Source: a candidate division FCPU426 bacterium (GTDB taxonomy: Bacteria > Oederibacteriota > Muellerivitia > Muellerivitales > Muellerivitaceae). From it: DNA of 64,000 nucleotides. The position numbers were made by a program, and so were the translations under genes. Below are positions 19,865 through 28,740 of this stretch, piece by piece; the stretch's first letter is position 1; each line of letters begins with the position of its first letter. The stretch is taken from the NCBI GenBank assembly GCA_963847625.1, contig CAWKAR010000013.1:96001-160000 (forward strand). Direction: 5' to 3'. The notes beneath the pieces were generated by a model. That model worked only from the letters and a program-made list of their open reading frames with translations. It was not told the origin of the DNA and made no database searches.

Positions 19865-20203
19865 CATCCATCAACCACACCTGCCGTGAGCCCACAAGGC
19901 GAATGGCAAGATTTGGTTGTGCCAACTGCCGTAAGCAGTTGGTACAAGTTGATGGGTGATGAATGGCAATGTCTTACAAATGGTCTTATCAATGCCATTC
20001 CATGAACCATTTGTGCTGTCGGGCGAATTACCCGACCATTTGCATAAGCAAATGATATTTACCCTTCACTTAACCCCAAGTTAAGTGAAGAAGGTTGATA
20101 ATGCCAATTGAAAATCAATTGGTATAAAGCGGGGGGAATTGGCTTAAAGGCCTAAAGTGACGAATGTTCCCTGCACCAAGCTGGGGGCTTGGTGCCTGAC
20201 CCC
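19865..20203. repeat. Modular hairpin-string element (family D), longest copy
   Basis: At least 7 stem-loops, ending GGCCTAAAGTG...CTGACCCC; partial copies at 21303-21365, 22761-22868, 24688-24775 and 28797-28908. Confidence 0.75.
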
Positions 20204-20218
20204 CTTTTTCCCGTTTGT

Positions 20219-20632
20219 TTATGGCACAAAATCCCGGATAAATTCCGTGGGGCTTAATATTTGTATCCCCCTAAAGTTCTTGAGCGGCTGAAGATGCTTT
20301 TTGTCGCCTGAAACAAGGAAATGGGCTTTGCCGGAAAGGGCGCATTCCAGGATACGGTTGTCGCTTTCATCCTCCCGGATCACCTCCAAAACATGCCGGG
20401 TCTTGACCACTTCCGCCACGGCCAAAAGGCTTTGCCTGACCGATTCGAGCCTTTCCGAATCGAAATGGAATTTCGCCCGGAGAACCCCCGATAACTCATC
20501 CAATATAAAATCGGATAAAAGTAATGTGATCTTATCGGCCGCGGCCAAGTCCAGGATTTTTGAGGGGTGATGCCCAGGAAGAATGAAATGGGAAACCAGG
20601 ATGTTGGTATCCACAGCCACCCGGAATTTCAA
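20219..20632 (-). CDS. PIN-domain toxin (VapC-like)
   Basis: 'VAVDTNILVS', 'DESDNRILECA', 'LVSGDK' PIN acidic motifs. Confidence 0.9.
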   Translation of the reverse strand: MKFRVAVDTNILVSHFILPGHHPSKILDLAAADKITLLLSDFILDELSGVLRAKFHFDSERLESVRQSLLAVAEVVKTRHVLEVIREDESDNRILECALSGKAHFLVSGDKKHLQPLKNFRGIQILSPTEFIRDFVP

Positions 20633-20874
20633 CGTTTTTTCCGGCGGTAGTCGTGGACCACCCGGTCCACGTCGCTTTCATTCCGGATACCCAGGCTTTG
20701 GGCTTGCTTGGCGCCGAATTCCCGCAAACTCTCCCACTGCTTCATGGCGTAATACTTCCCCACCGCCTCATTGACCACCTCGCTGCGGCTTTTATTCTCC
20801 GCCTTGGCCAGTTCGCCGGCCTGCTTGATAGTCTCCGGAGAAAGGGAAAAACTCGCGACAACGGATCTTTTCAT
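20629..20874 (-). CDS. Ribbon-helix-helix (CopG-like) antitoxin
   Basis: 'SFSLSPE...AKAENKSRSEVVNEAV'; overlaps the toxin start by 4 nt. Confidence 0.82.
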   Translation of the reverse strand: MKRSVVASFSLSPETIKQAGELAKAENKSRSEVVNEAVGKYYAMKQWESLREFGAKQAQSLGIRNESDVDRVVHDYRRKKR

Positions 20875-20898
20875 ATCGCCCCCCTGTATTTAATAGAA

Positions 20899-20918
20899 TA
20901 TTAATAATTTATTAATAA
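20899..20918. promoter_or_regulatory. Palindromic candidate operator of the RHH-PIN module
   Basis: TATTAATAA-TT-TTATTAATA about 25 bp upstream of the antitoxin start. Confidence 0.45.
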
Positions 20919-21133
20919 CATTTCAAATACATTTTTCTTTTTCTTCCGGGCCATCAAGCAGACCCCTTTGCCAACCCCGCATTCCCTCAACAAGGTTGTC
21001 GCCGTTTGGCGACAACATAGGGAGAGACCGGAGGAATTTAAATCGAATGGGGAGAGGCTTAAGGGATTGAACACCAAGTTCTAAAAAATTAAGGGATTAA
21101 GGACTTAGCGGGAAAAACCCGGCGGAAGAGGCA

Positions 21134-21281
21134 TTGGCGGGGGGGTGGATTTATTCGTGCAAATGAAAATGGCGATGGATTTCGAGACGACGGCCGAAAG
21201 CAACGCGTCCAAAGGCAAGTTTTATTCCGACAATCCCATCATCCTATTTCCCATAGAGATCGGGGCGAATTGTCGTTTCTA
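21134..21281 (+). pseudogene. 3' fragment of an outer-membrane beta-barrel gene (copy 1)
   Basis: DLFVQMKMAMDFETTAESNASKGKFYSDNPIILFPIEIGANCRF*, homologous to 24535-24683. Confidence 0.85.
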
Positions 21282-21423
21282 GCAGGGAAGGAAATATCTT
21301 AGAACTCTAAAATGACGAATGTTCCCTATCGCACGCTGTGGGGCGGGCGTTTAGGCCCCTTTTTCGTTACCCCAAGGTCAGCGGCCGGCCAGGGTCATTT
21401 ACCTTCCCAGACCCGTGCTTCTT

Positions 21424-22212
21424 TTACCAGGTGTTCTGGGTCACAACCCCATTGCCGCCGTTATAAGAGGCACCCCCAAGTCCGGTCCCACCATTCGCAT
21501 TCGGCGTTCCGGAATAAGTATTGGAGGTATGGCTGGTTAACAGGATGATTCCGCCCCCGCCCCCTGGGCCCGTACCTGAGTTGGACCCTAAAGCCTCGAC
21601 CGTCCCGTTTCCAGTGATGGTATCGGCTTTGACGTAAACAGTCCCGCCGGCCCCTCCGGAACCGCTTGCCAATCCGCCGTTCATGCTGATGAATCCGTTC
21701 AAGGTGGCCGGACCGCTTGTGACGTTAACCCTGAAAAGAGCCCCCCCGGTCGCGCCATTCGACCCGCTTCCCATGGTCGCGGGGGCTGTGGCAACATCAT
21801 TGGCAGGCCCAAAAGTGCCCGAGCAGGTGCCATCCTCGTCTTCCCCCCCGTAACCCCCGTGACCCGCCCCCGCGCCACAGGAACTAATAAGCGCCCCAGG
21901 CCCCTGGGAGAGGCCGTAGCCCAAACCATCCCCAATGATCGAGGACCCCGACGCCAGGTTGAAATACTGCAGGACGTCCAGGGTGACCGCCCCGTTGATG
22001 ACTAGCGTCGCGCCGGATTGAAGGTTGACGTAACTGTACTTGTAATCCCCCGTGGTGAGCGTGGTAGACCCGGACGACAAATTCAGCGGCGTCGGGGTCG
22101 CGGTGGGTTTAGGGCTGGCCGGGGAACTGTTCGAACAGCCGGTAAAAGTGAGAAATCCCATCCCCAACAAAGCGTTAAAAGCCAGGATCCATGCCAATAG
22201 GCGTAAATTCAT
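21424..22212 (-). CDS. Gly-rich putative lipoprotein (adhesin-like G-rich repeats)
   Basis: Lipobox FTGC; 'GAGHGGYGG', 'SGGAGGTV', 'GGGGGII' repeats. Confidence 0.7.
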   Translation of the reverse strand: MNLRLLAWILAFNALLGMGFLTFTGCSNSSPASPKPTATPTPLNLSSGSTTLTTGDYKYSYVNLQSGATLVINGAVTLDVLQYFNLASGSSIIGDGLGYGLSQGPGALISSCGAGAGHGGYGGEDEDGTCSGTFGPANDVATAPATMGSGSNGATGGALFRVNVTSGPATLNGFISMNGGLASGSGGAGGTVYVKADTITGNGTVEALGSNSGTGPGGGGGIILLTSHTSNTYSGTPNANGGTGLGGASYNGGNGVVTQNTW

Positions 22213-22600
22213 AAAAGTCTCCCCTTTATTCTTCAGGAATTTTCCTTCTGTTTCTATTTTCGCGAGAAACGGCCGGCCGCCGAAACGGACTTAACCAGCA
22301 GAGTTCCCCACGGGGGTAAGTGTGGGGTTTCATGGAAATGGAATCAAGGCTGGGAGGGTAAAAAGAAAAGAATGTGGTATCCGCCAGTAACCTAGTCAAA
22401 CCGTTTAACCTTGGGGTATGAATGACCCGGTCGGATCACATGCAGGAAACTGAACTAATGAAAAAAAACCCCACCCTACAAAAGTGGAATGGGGTTTGAT
22501 CGGCCCCGGCGAGCGGGCCTATTGGCCGGCATTGCCGTACCTAAAGGTACATAAACAAAAATTCGCGGGATAAAGCCAGATACCAATCCAACCCTTTTTA

Positions 22601-22630
22601 TTATGTTGTCGCCGATTGGCGACAACATAA
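22601..22630. repeat. Palindrome with perfect 13 bp arms; related copy at 20995-21019
   Basis: TTATGTTGTCGCC-GATT-GGCGACAACATAA. Confidence 0.8.
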
Positions 22631-22981
22631 TGAGAGACGAAGATGATTTAAGCCGAAGATATAAAAGCTATAGCTGGAGTGACTATTAGCAGATTAAAGC
22701 TTGAGGAAAAAGCTAATCGGCTTCGCCAAGCATTAGAGGGTTTTCGCGGGATTTGCCGATCACTTAACCACCAGTTAAGTGATAATGCTTGGCAATGCCA
22801 ATTGAAAAACAATTGGTATAAAGCAGGGGGATTCAACGGCCTAAAGTAAAATGTTGGCCAGACTCCGGATTTCGTAAGTGCTAAAAAAGTATATGAAGAA
22901 CGGCATATAAGGTATTATGCGCCGGTATTTTGGCGGGTGACTTTCCGCGCCAATTGAACAATCCCAAGTGGAAAGGTTACA

Positions 22982-23648
22982 TATGAAAAAAAGACTGGTT
23001 GCCGCCTGTTTGACGGTCGCTTTGTTCGGAACTTGCTGCGCGATAGGCTGGGCGTTGGATAAAAAAGGGAAGATGGAGCGGAAAGAGGAAAAGCCCAGCC
23101 CCCAATTAAGGAAGCTTTTATCGGAATATGAAAGGATCAAAAAGAAGCTGCCGACCTTGCCGCCAGCCGACCAATGGCCGGCCTATAAACCCAGTAAGAA
23201 AGGCACGGTCCCGTATGAATTGTGCGCCTGCGACGGTTTCGTCCCTCCGATGATGGTGATGACCTTGTCCGATATGAAGGGGCGTATTCTCGCGCAAACC
23301 TCTACACTTGAATCCGGTTACTGTATTTCGGTGAATATCAACCCCGCGAACTATCCCGGTCCCAATCCGGTGACCTTACTAGTGGAAACCTATTCCGCGG
23401 AACCTTGCCCATTGGCCGCCATAGACACGAGCATCGTCATTGATAATGGAGGAATCACCCCCATCGGAGTTTATGACCGCCCTTACCAGGACCCTCGAAC
23501 CAGTTTCCGGACCTTTGATTTTATTTGGCCATCCAAATTAAGGGCGGGTGGGGATTCCCAAATCATGGGGCAAGTCGTAAACCAAGCGGGGTGGTTGTCT
23601 AAAGCGGTTGGTATCCATTGCCATTGGCTGGATCCCATGGGCCACTGA
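22982..23648 (+). CDS. Secreted hypothetical protein
   Basis: Signal peptide MKKRLVAACLTVALFG..., ~221 aa open frame; ATG near 22983. Confidence 0.6.
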
Positions 23649-23763
23649 TACAACCTAGGTTCCGTTATTAAAAACGGCTCATCTATTTACGAAAAGTCAT
23701 AAATCATGCCTGACCCCGTTTACATTTCCGACAGGCAGGCCACCCCTTCCGACAGGGCTACCT

Positions 23764-24146
23764 TGGAACTCCGGAACTAGCCCGGAATTCGGGAACTAGC
23801 CCGGAACTCCGGAACTGGCCCGGAACTTCGGAACTGCCCGGAACTCCGAAACTGCCCGGAACCCCGGAACTAGCCCGGAACCCCGGAACTAACCCGGAAC
23901 CTCGGAACTGCCCGGAACCCCGGGAACCACGAGAACTGCGGGAACCACAGGAACCCCGGGAACTGCGGGAACTCAGGAACCACGGGAACCCGGGAACTAC
24001 GGGAACTCGGGAATCCAGGAACCACAGGAACTCAGGAACCCGGGAACTCTGGAACCACAGGAACCACGGGAACCACGGGAACTCGGGAACTACGGGAACC
24101 ACGGGAACTCGGGAACCACGGGAACTACGGGAACTCGGGAACTCGG
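23764..24146. repeat. Low-complexity tandem tract of 8-11 bp GGAACY-based units
   Basis: About 40 units such as GGAACCACG, GGAACTCG, GGAACTAGCCC. Confidence 0.92.
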
Positions 24147-24170
24147 GGGTCCTAGTGGCAGGTTTCGGGA

Positions 24171-24683
24171 GTGCAAGGCGGGGAGGTTTTGCCCGCCAGC
24201 AGTGACGCGGTTTCGCATTTAAACGCGGGTTCTTGCGGCGATATCCAGGCGGGTTATGCTTTCCCGGGAAACTTTTCTCTAAGCTTGGAGTACGGCATCG
24301 GGAGTTTCTCCTTTAAAAACCTTCCCTCAAGTATGTCCGCGAATCTGTCCCACAATCCCCTGGAGATCGTGGCCCAATATGATTGCCCGATCGGGGCCGG
24401 ATTTTACCCCTTTGTCCTGCTGGGTGCCGAAATCGCGATGGATTCATTAAGCATGACCCCCGCACCCCCAGCGAGTGCGGTTACGAACTGGACTAATCCC
24501 GAGTTAGACCCCGGCATCGGTATTGGTTTTAATTTGGCGGGGGGCTTGGATGTATTCGTGCAAATGAAAATGGCGATGGATTTCGAGACGCCGGCCCAAA
24601 GCAATGCGTCAAAAGGCAAGCTTTATTCCGACAACCCTATCCTGCTGTTTCCAGTCGAAGCCGGCGTCAATTATTGCTTTTAG
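24171..24683 (+). pseudogene. 5'-truncated outer-membrane beta-barrel gene (copy 2, longest)
   Basis: Amphipathic beta-strands, C-terminal GVNYCF; no signal peptide; the frame is closed by a stop next to the GGAAC tract. Confidence 0.75.
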
Positions 24684-24799
24684 AAGTCTTATTGAAAAGC
24701 AATTGGTATGCGGGATGTTCAAGGCGGGAGCAGGATGGGAAATGGCTAAAATCTAAAGTGTTGTGTTTTCCCAGAGCCCAAAGATATCTTCGCTTAAAA

Positions 24800-25090
24800 C
24801 TACCGGGTATAAGCGTCTTTTCGCGGATCGAACGCGATCATGGTAACTATCTTATCCGTCTCATCGATTTCATAAAAAAACCGCCAGGAGCCAATCCTAT
24901 ATCGCCAAGTTTCCGGTTTCCAATCGCGCAATTTTTTTATATTAGGGCCGAAATGCGGTTGGTTTTTAAGCCACGGATAAACATAAGTGCTTAGTTTTTC
25001 CCTGAATTTATGGCGGATGGATTCCGGGAGTTTTTCCATGTCCTCGTAGAATATGGCGGTTTCAAATAGGCGGTAGTTCCCCGGATTCAA
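24800..25090 (-). CDS. RelE/ParE-family toxin
   Basis: 'PHFGPNIKKL...TWRYRIGSWRFFYEID...RKDAY'. Confidence 0.88.
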   Translation of the reverse strand: MNPGNYRLFETAIFYEDMEKLPESIRHKFREKLSTYVYPWLKNQPHFGPNIKKLRDWKPETWRYRIGSWRFFYEIDETDKIVTMIAFDPRKDAYTR

Positions 25091-25329
25091 TCCACGAACC
25101 GCCCTTGTTTCTTGCGGGCAGCCTTGGAACCAGCCTTCAGCCTGGATACTAAAGCCGGATTGTTCCTGATTTCAGCCATTTCAGCCTCAGACACCATGGC
25201 GCATTCCCGTAAATGCCGTTTGGCGGCAGTTTCAATCAAATTCGCCAAGGGTCGATTGTCCGCCTCGGCGTAATTCCGAAAAAGCTCATAATCCAGGTCG
25301 GAAAGACGAAGAGTAATGGTTTTAGGCAT
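25087..25329 (-). CDS. CopG/RHH-type antitoxin
   Basis: 'KTITLRLSD...AEADNRPLANLIETAA'; overlaps the toxin start. Confidence 0.8.
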   Translation of the reverse strand: MPKTITLRLSDLDYELFRNYAEADNRPLANLIETAAKRHLRECAMVSEAEMAEIRNNPALVSRLKAGSKAARKKQGRFVD

Positions 25330-25618
25330 AATCATTCCTTTTCTTTCTTATTTATTCATTATTATTCTATCGTACTGGCGGAAAAATTTAAAGGGATAAA
25401 TCCAATGCGCCCCATGGGCGTGCCTGTGGGGCTTCTTAGCCTGAAAACAGGATGGAAAAAGGGGCCTCAGCCGGGCTGGCTGGAAGAACTCAATTTAAAA
25501 CATTGCGGTGAGTTCATCGAACCGTTCATCATTCAAAATTCATAATTCGGGCGCACCGGCAGTTGTCAAACAATTTAATGGTTCGAATGAGGCCACGAAT
25601 GAAGAACTCACTTCAATT

Positions 25619-25718
25619 CATGCCAGCCTTCCATAAAGCTAATTGTGAGGCTGGTATAGTACAAATTTCACCCAATTAACCGGCCACAGGCCGGGAATAA
25701 AGATGTGAATTTGCACAT
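25619..25718 (-). repeat. Double-hairpin unit (family E), reverse orientation
   Basis: Reverse complement reads ATGTGCAAATT...AATTTGTAC-TAT-ACCAGCC...GGCTGGCATG. Confidence 0.75.
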
Positions 25719-25772
25719 AATTAAAAATTCAAAATTCAAAATTCGGGCGCGCTAGCGCCCGTCAGGGTTCGT

Positions 25773-26936
25773 TCACCCTAACCCCGCGCCCAAGTCCCGG
25801 CCCGGGTGAAGCTGGAGAAGAAACTCATCGCAGGGCAGGCAGAGGATTTTTCCTTTTTTAAGCCGGTCCTTGCCCCTGTACAGGAATAAACCCTTGGCCT
25901 CCGGGTAATCCTCCAGGAACGCCTTGAGGGGCCTCAATTCCTCATCCCTGATTTTCCCGGTGTTCTTCACCTCGATGCCCCAGAACCCCCCCGGGCCGTA
26001 AACCACGAAATCCACCTCGGTTCCGGAATGGGTCCTCCAGAAAGACAACGTGTGCTTGCCCCCGCCATAGGCGGCCCAGGCCCTGATATGCTGGGCCACG
26101 AGGCCCTCCAACGCCGGGCCTTCCGCCTCCGCGGCGCGGTCCAGGGGACCGGCCGGGCGCAAGGACCGGAAAACGCCGGCGTCGAAAAAATAGAACTTCG
26201 GGCGGGTGGAAAGGCCCCGCTTGGCCCGCTTGGAAAAGACCGGAATGGTGAAGGAAAGCAATAGGTCCCCGAGGATATCCAGGTAACCCTCGACGGTTTT
26301 ACGCTCGACGCCGCAATCGCGGGCCACGTTGCTGAGGTTCAGCACCGTGGCGTGGGAGAACGATATGGATTCCAAAAACCTCGAAAAATTCCCGATGTTC
26401 CGGACCAGGCCCTCTTGTTGGACTTCCTCCCTCACGTACAAGGCGGCGTAGGCCCGCAAGGTCTCGTCCGGTTTGGCCGCGCCCATGACCAGCGGAATAA
26501 GCCCTTGCTGAAGGGCGGTCCCCAGGTCGAAATTCCCGCCCAACTCGGCGGCCATGAATGGGTGCATGGTTTGAAGGGCCGCCCTCCCGGCCAGGAGATC
26601 CGACCCGGTGCGTTTAAGCTTCCGGGCGCTGGAACCGGTCAGGATAAAACGGTGCCCCCCTTTTTTTTCGATTAAGGAATGGACCATGGGAAGAAGCTCG
26701 GGGATTTTTTGGACCTCATCCACGATAAAGGTTGTTGGTTTGGCATGGGCCCCGACGAGTTCACCCAGCCGCTCAGGGTGGGTTTGGTGCAGGCGGAGGG
26801 TTTCGGGATCCAGGAGGTCCAGGTATACCGCGGCGGGGAACATTCTCCGGATCCAGGTGGATTTTCCCGTGCCCCGGGGGCCGAATAGGAAAAAGCTGGC
26901 GGCGGGAGGTTTTAAAAATCTGGGAATCGGTTCCAT
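25773..26936 (-). CDS. AAA+ ATPase (AAA_14) with DUF4143 domain
   Basis: GPRGTGKST, IVDEVQK, LTGSS, LAGRA, KFYFFDAG, EVDFV, IEVK. Real start MEPIPR (26936); the upstream ORF extension is repeat-derived. Confidence 0.9.
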   Translation of the reverse strand: MEPIPRFLKPPAASFFLFGPRGTGKSTWIRRMFPAAVYLDLLDPETLRLHQTHPERLGELVGAHAKPTTFIVDEVQKIPELLPMVHSLIEKKGGHRFILTGSSARKLKRTGSDLLAGRAALQTMHPFMAAELGGNFDLGTALQQGLIPLVMGAAKPDETLRAYAALYVREEVQQEGLVRNIGNFSRFLESISFSHATVLNLSNVARDCGVERKTVEGYLDILGDLLLSFTIPVFSKRAKRGLSTRPKFYFFDAGVFRSLRPAGPLDRAAEAEGPALEGLVAQHIRAWAAYGGGKHTLSFWRTHSGTEVDFVVYGPGGFWGIEVKNTGKIRDEELRPLKAFLEDYPEAKGLFLYRGKDRLKKGKILCLPCDEFLLQLHPGRDLGAGLG

Positions 26937-27348
26937 ATCTAGTCCAAATTTGGAATTAGTACTTCCATATTTTATCACCTTCCCGGGAAGAAACCATACT
27001 GAAATCCCTGAAAAACCAAAAAAGCGGCCAACAGGAGTTCGACCCCATACCGATTTCTTCTTTAGAAGCCTAAAAGAGATCGGCATAGTCCCCCGGGCTG
27101 CGCCGTAGGCGCTGCGGTAAGTCGGCCATGCCGACGGTACTTCCGCCCCATGCCGGTAGGCGGCATACCCCATGCCAGTAGGTGGTAAGCCAGTAAGCCC
27201 AGTCTTCCGACAGGGGTACCTTTCCGACAGGCAGGCCACCCCTTCCGACATGGCTACCTTGGAACTCTGGAACCGGCCTGGAACCACTGCAACTCGGGAA
27301 TCCAGGAACCCTGGAACTCTGGAACCCGAGAACTGCCCGAGAACCCGA

Positions 27349-27850
27349 GAACTGGCCACCCGAGGCCACAAGCCGAGGGTGATGCTTGCCAGTGCAGATT
27401 CAAATGAAATCTGTGCCCGAGAACTAGCCGAGAACCCGAGAACTACCCGAGAACCCGAGTACTGCCCGAGAACTGGCCACCCGAGGCCACAAGCCGAGGG
27501 TGATGCTTGCCAGTGCAGATTTAAATGAAATCTGTGCCCGAGAACTAGCCGAGAACCCGAGAACTACCCGAGAACCCAAGAATTGCCCGGGATCCCGAGA
27601 ACTACCCGAGAACCCGAGAACTAGCCGAGAACTGGCCACCCGAGGCCACAAGCCGAGGGTGATGCTTGCCAGTGCAGATTTAAATGAAATCTGTGCCCGA
27701 GTACTGCCCGGGATCCCGAGAACTACCCGAGAACCCGAGAACTAGCCGAGAACTGGCCACCCGAGGCCACAAGCCGAGGGTGATGCTTGCCAGTGCAGAT
27801 TTAAATGAAATCTGTGCCCGAGAACTACCCGAGAACCCGAGAACTGGCCG
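27349..27850. repeat. Four copies of a ~72 bp constant unit separated by 49/87/49 bp spacers made of GAACCCGA-type microrepeats
   Basis: Units start at 27349, 27470, 27629 and 27750; each contains the hairpin CAGATTT-AAATG-AAATCTG. Confidence 0.92.
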
Positions 27851-27854
27851 GGAA

Positions 27855-28017
27855 CCCGGTGAAAGCCGGTAAAGTCGGTGAAGCCAGTGAAAGCCGGTGA
27901 AAGTCGGTGAACCCGATAAGGACGGTAAGCCGGTAAGCCGGGCGGTAAGCCCAACAATAAGCGGTAAGGGCGGTAAGCCAGAAAGCCGGTAAGCCAGGCG
28001 GTAAGCCGGGGCGGTAA
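27855..28017. repeat. Low-complexity CGGTAAGC / CGGTGAA tract
   Basis: Tandem degenerate 8-11 bp units. Confidence 0.8.
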
Positions 28018-28199
28018 AACCTTCGTCCTGCTGGGCGCCGGAATCGCAATGGATTCATTAAGTATGACCCCCGCGCCCCCGGCGGAGGAACGGCCTGCAT
28101 GTTATCTAATTCGGGCACGTCAGTGCCCGTTACGGTGCGTGTGATCTGACCCCTTGTTCATTTTGTTGGACATTGTTCTCTTTTTATTTTTACCTGTTT

Positions 28200-28466
28200 T
28201 TATTCGTAATGAGTCCACATTCGGATGATCTTGATGGTCCTGCTTTCTTTCAGGATCTGGTAAACCAGCCGATGGTGGATATTGATTCTGCGGGAATAAG
28301 CTCCGTCCAAGTCGCCGACCAACTTCTCAAAGGAGGGGGGCTGCCGGTAGGGGTCTTGCGCCAATAAATCCAAGAGATTTTCGACTTTGGACCTCAAGCC
28401 CGCCGCCGAGACTTTCTTGGCGTCTTTCAAAGCTTGTTTGGTATATCGAAGCTGCCAATTCACCAT
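28200..28466 (-). CDS. yoeB: Txe/YoeB-family toxin
   Basis: 'EKLVGDLDGAYSRRINIHHRLVYQI...MWTHYE'. Confidence 0.92.
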   Translation of the reverse strand: MVNWQLRYTKQALKDAKKVSAAGLRSKVENLLDLLAQDPYRQPPSFEKLVGDLDGAYSRRINIHHRLVYQILKESRTIKIIRMWTHYE

Positions 28467-28702
28467 TGGATCTTTTGGGCTAGTTTTGACACGGGCGTCT
28501 TCAGCCCTTTGCGGATGGATTCACGCATCCCGGGGATGGACAAAAGAAAGAGGGTTTCCTGAATGGCCTTCCAGTCTTCCTCGGAAACGAGGATCCCATT
28601 GTTTCTTTTACCGGTGATTTGGACCGGCTCATGGTTTTTCGCGGTCTGATCCAGCAACTTGTACAAATTGGCCCGTGCCAAGCTGGCAGTCAAAGTAGTC
28701 AT
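28460..28702 (-). CDS. yefM: Phd/YefM-family antitoxin
   Basis: 'ARANLYKLLD...HEPVQITGKR...EEDWKAIQETLFLLSIPGMRESI'; start MTTLTAS with GGAGG ribosome-binding site. Confidence 0.92.
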   Translation of the reverse strand: MTTLTASLARANLYKLLDQTAKNHEPVQITGKRNNGILVSEEDWKAIQETLFLLSIPGMRESIRKGLKTPVSKLAQKIQW

Positions 28703-28718
28703 GTTGTCCTCCCTCCAT

Positions 28719-28740
28719 AACGTACCATATTGCGTACGTT
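28719..28740. promoter_or_regulatory. Candidate YefM operator palindrome
   Basis: AACGTAC-N8-GTACGTT directly upstream of yefM; GTAC cores are typical of YefM operators. Confidence 0.6.

Noticed and set aside
23758..24102. 114 aa ORF (VPEFPW repeats)
   Set aside because: Translation of the GGAAC microrepeat tract, with no ribosome-binding site or domain
27349..27850. CRISPR array
   Set aside because: Repeat of about 72 bp is too long, spacers are built from the same microrepeats, and there are no cas genes in the window
26937..28118. N-terminal extension of the AAA ATPase and overlapping ORFs across the repeat tract
   Set aside because: Low-complexity translations of tandem repeats; the ATPase domain starts at MEPIPR (26936)
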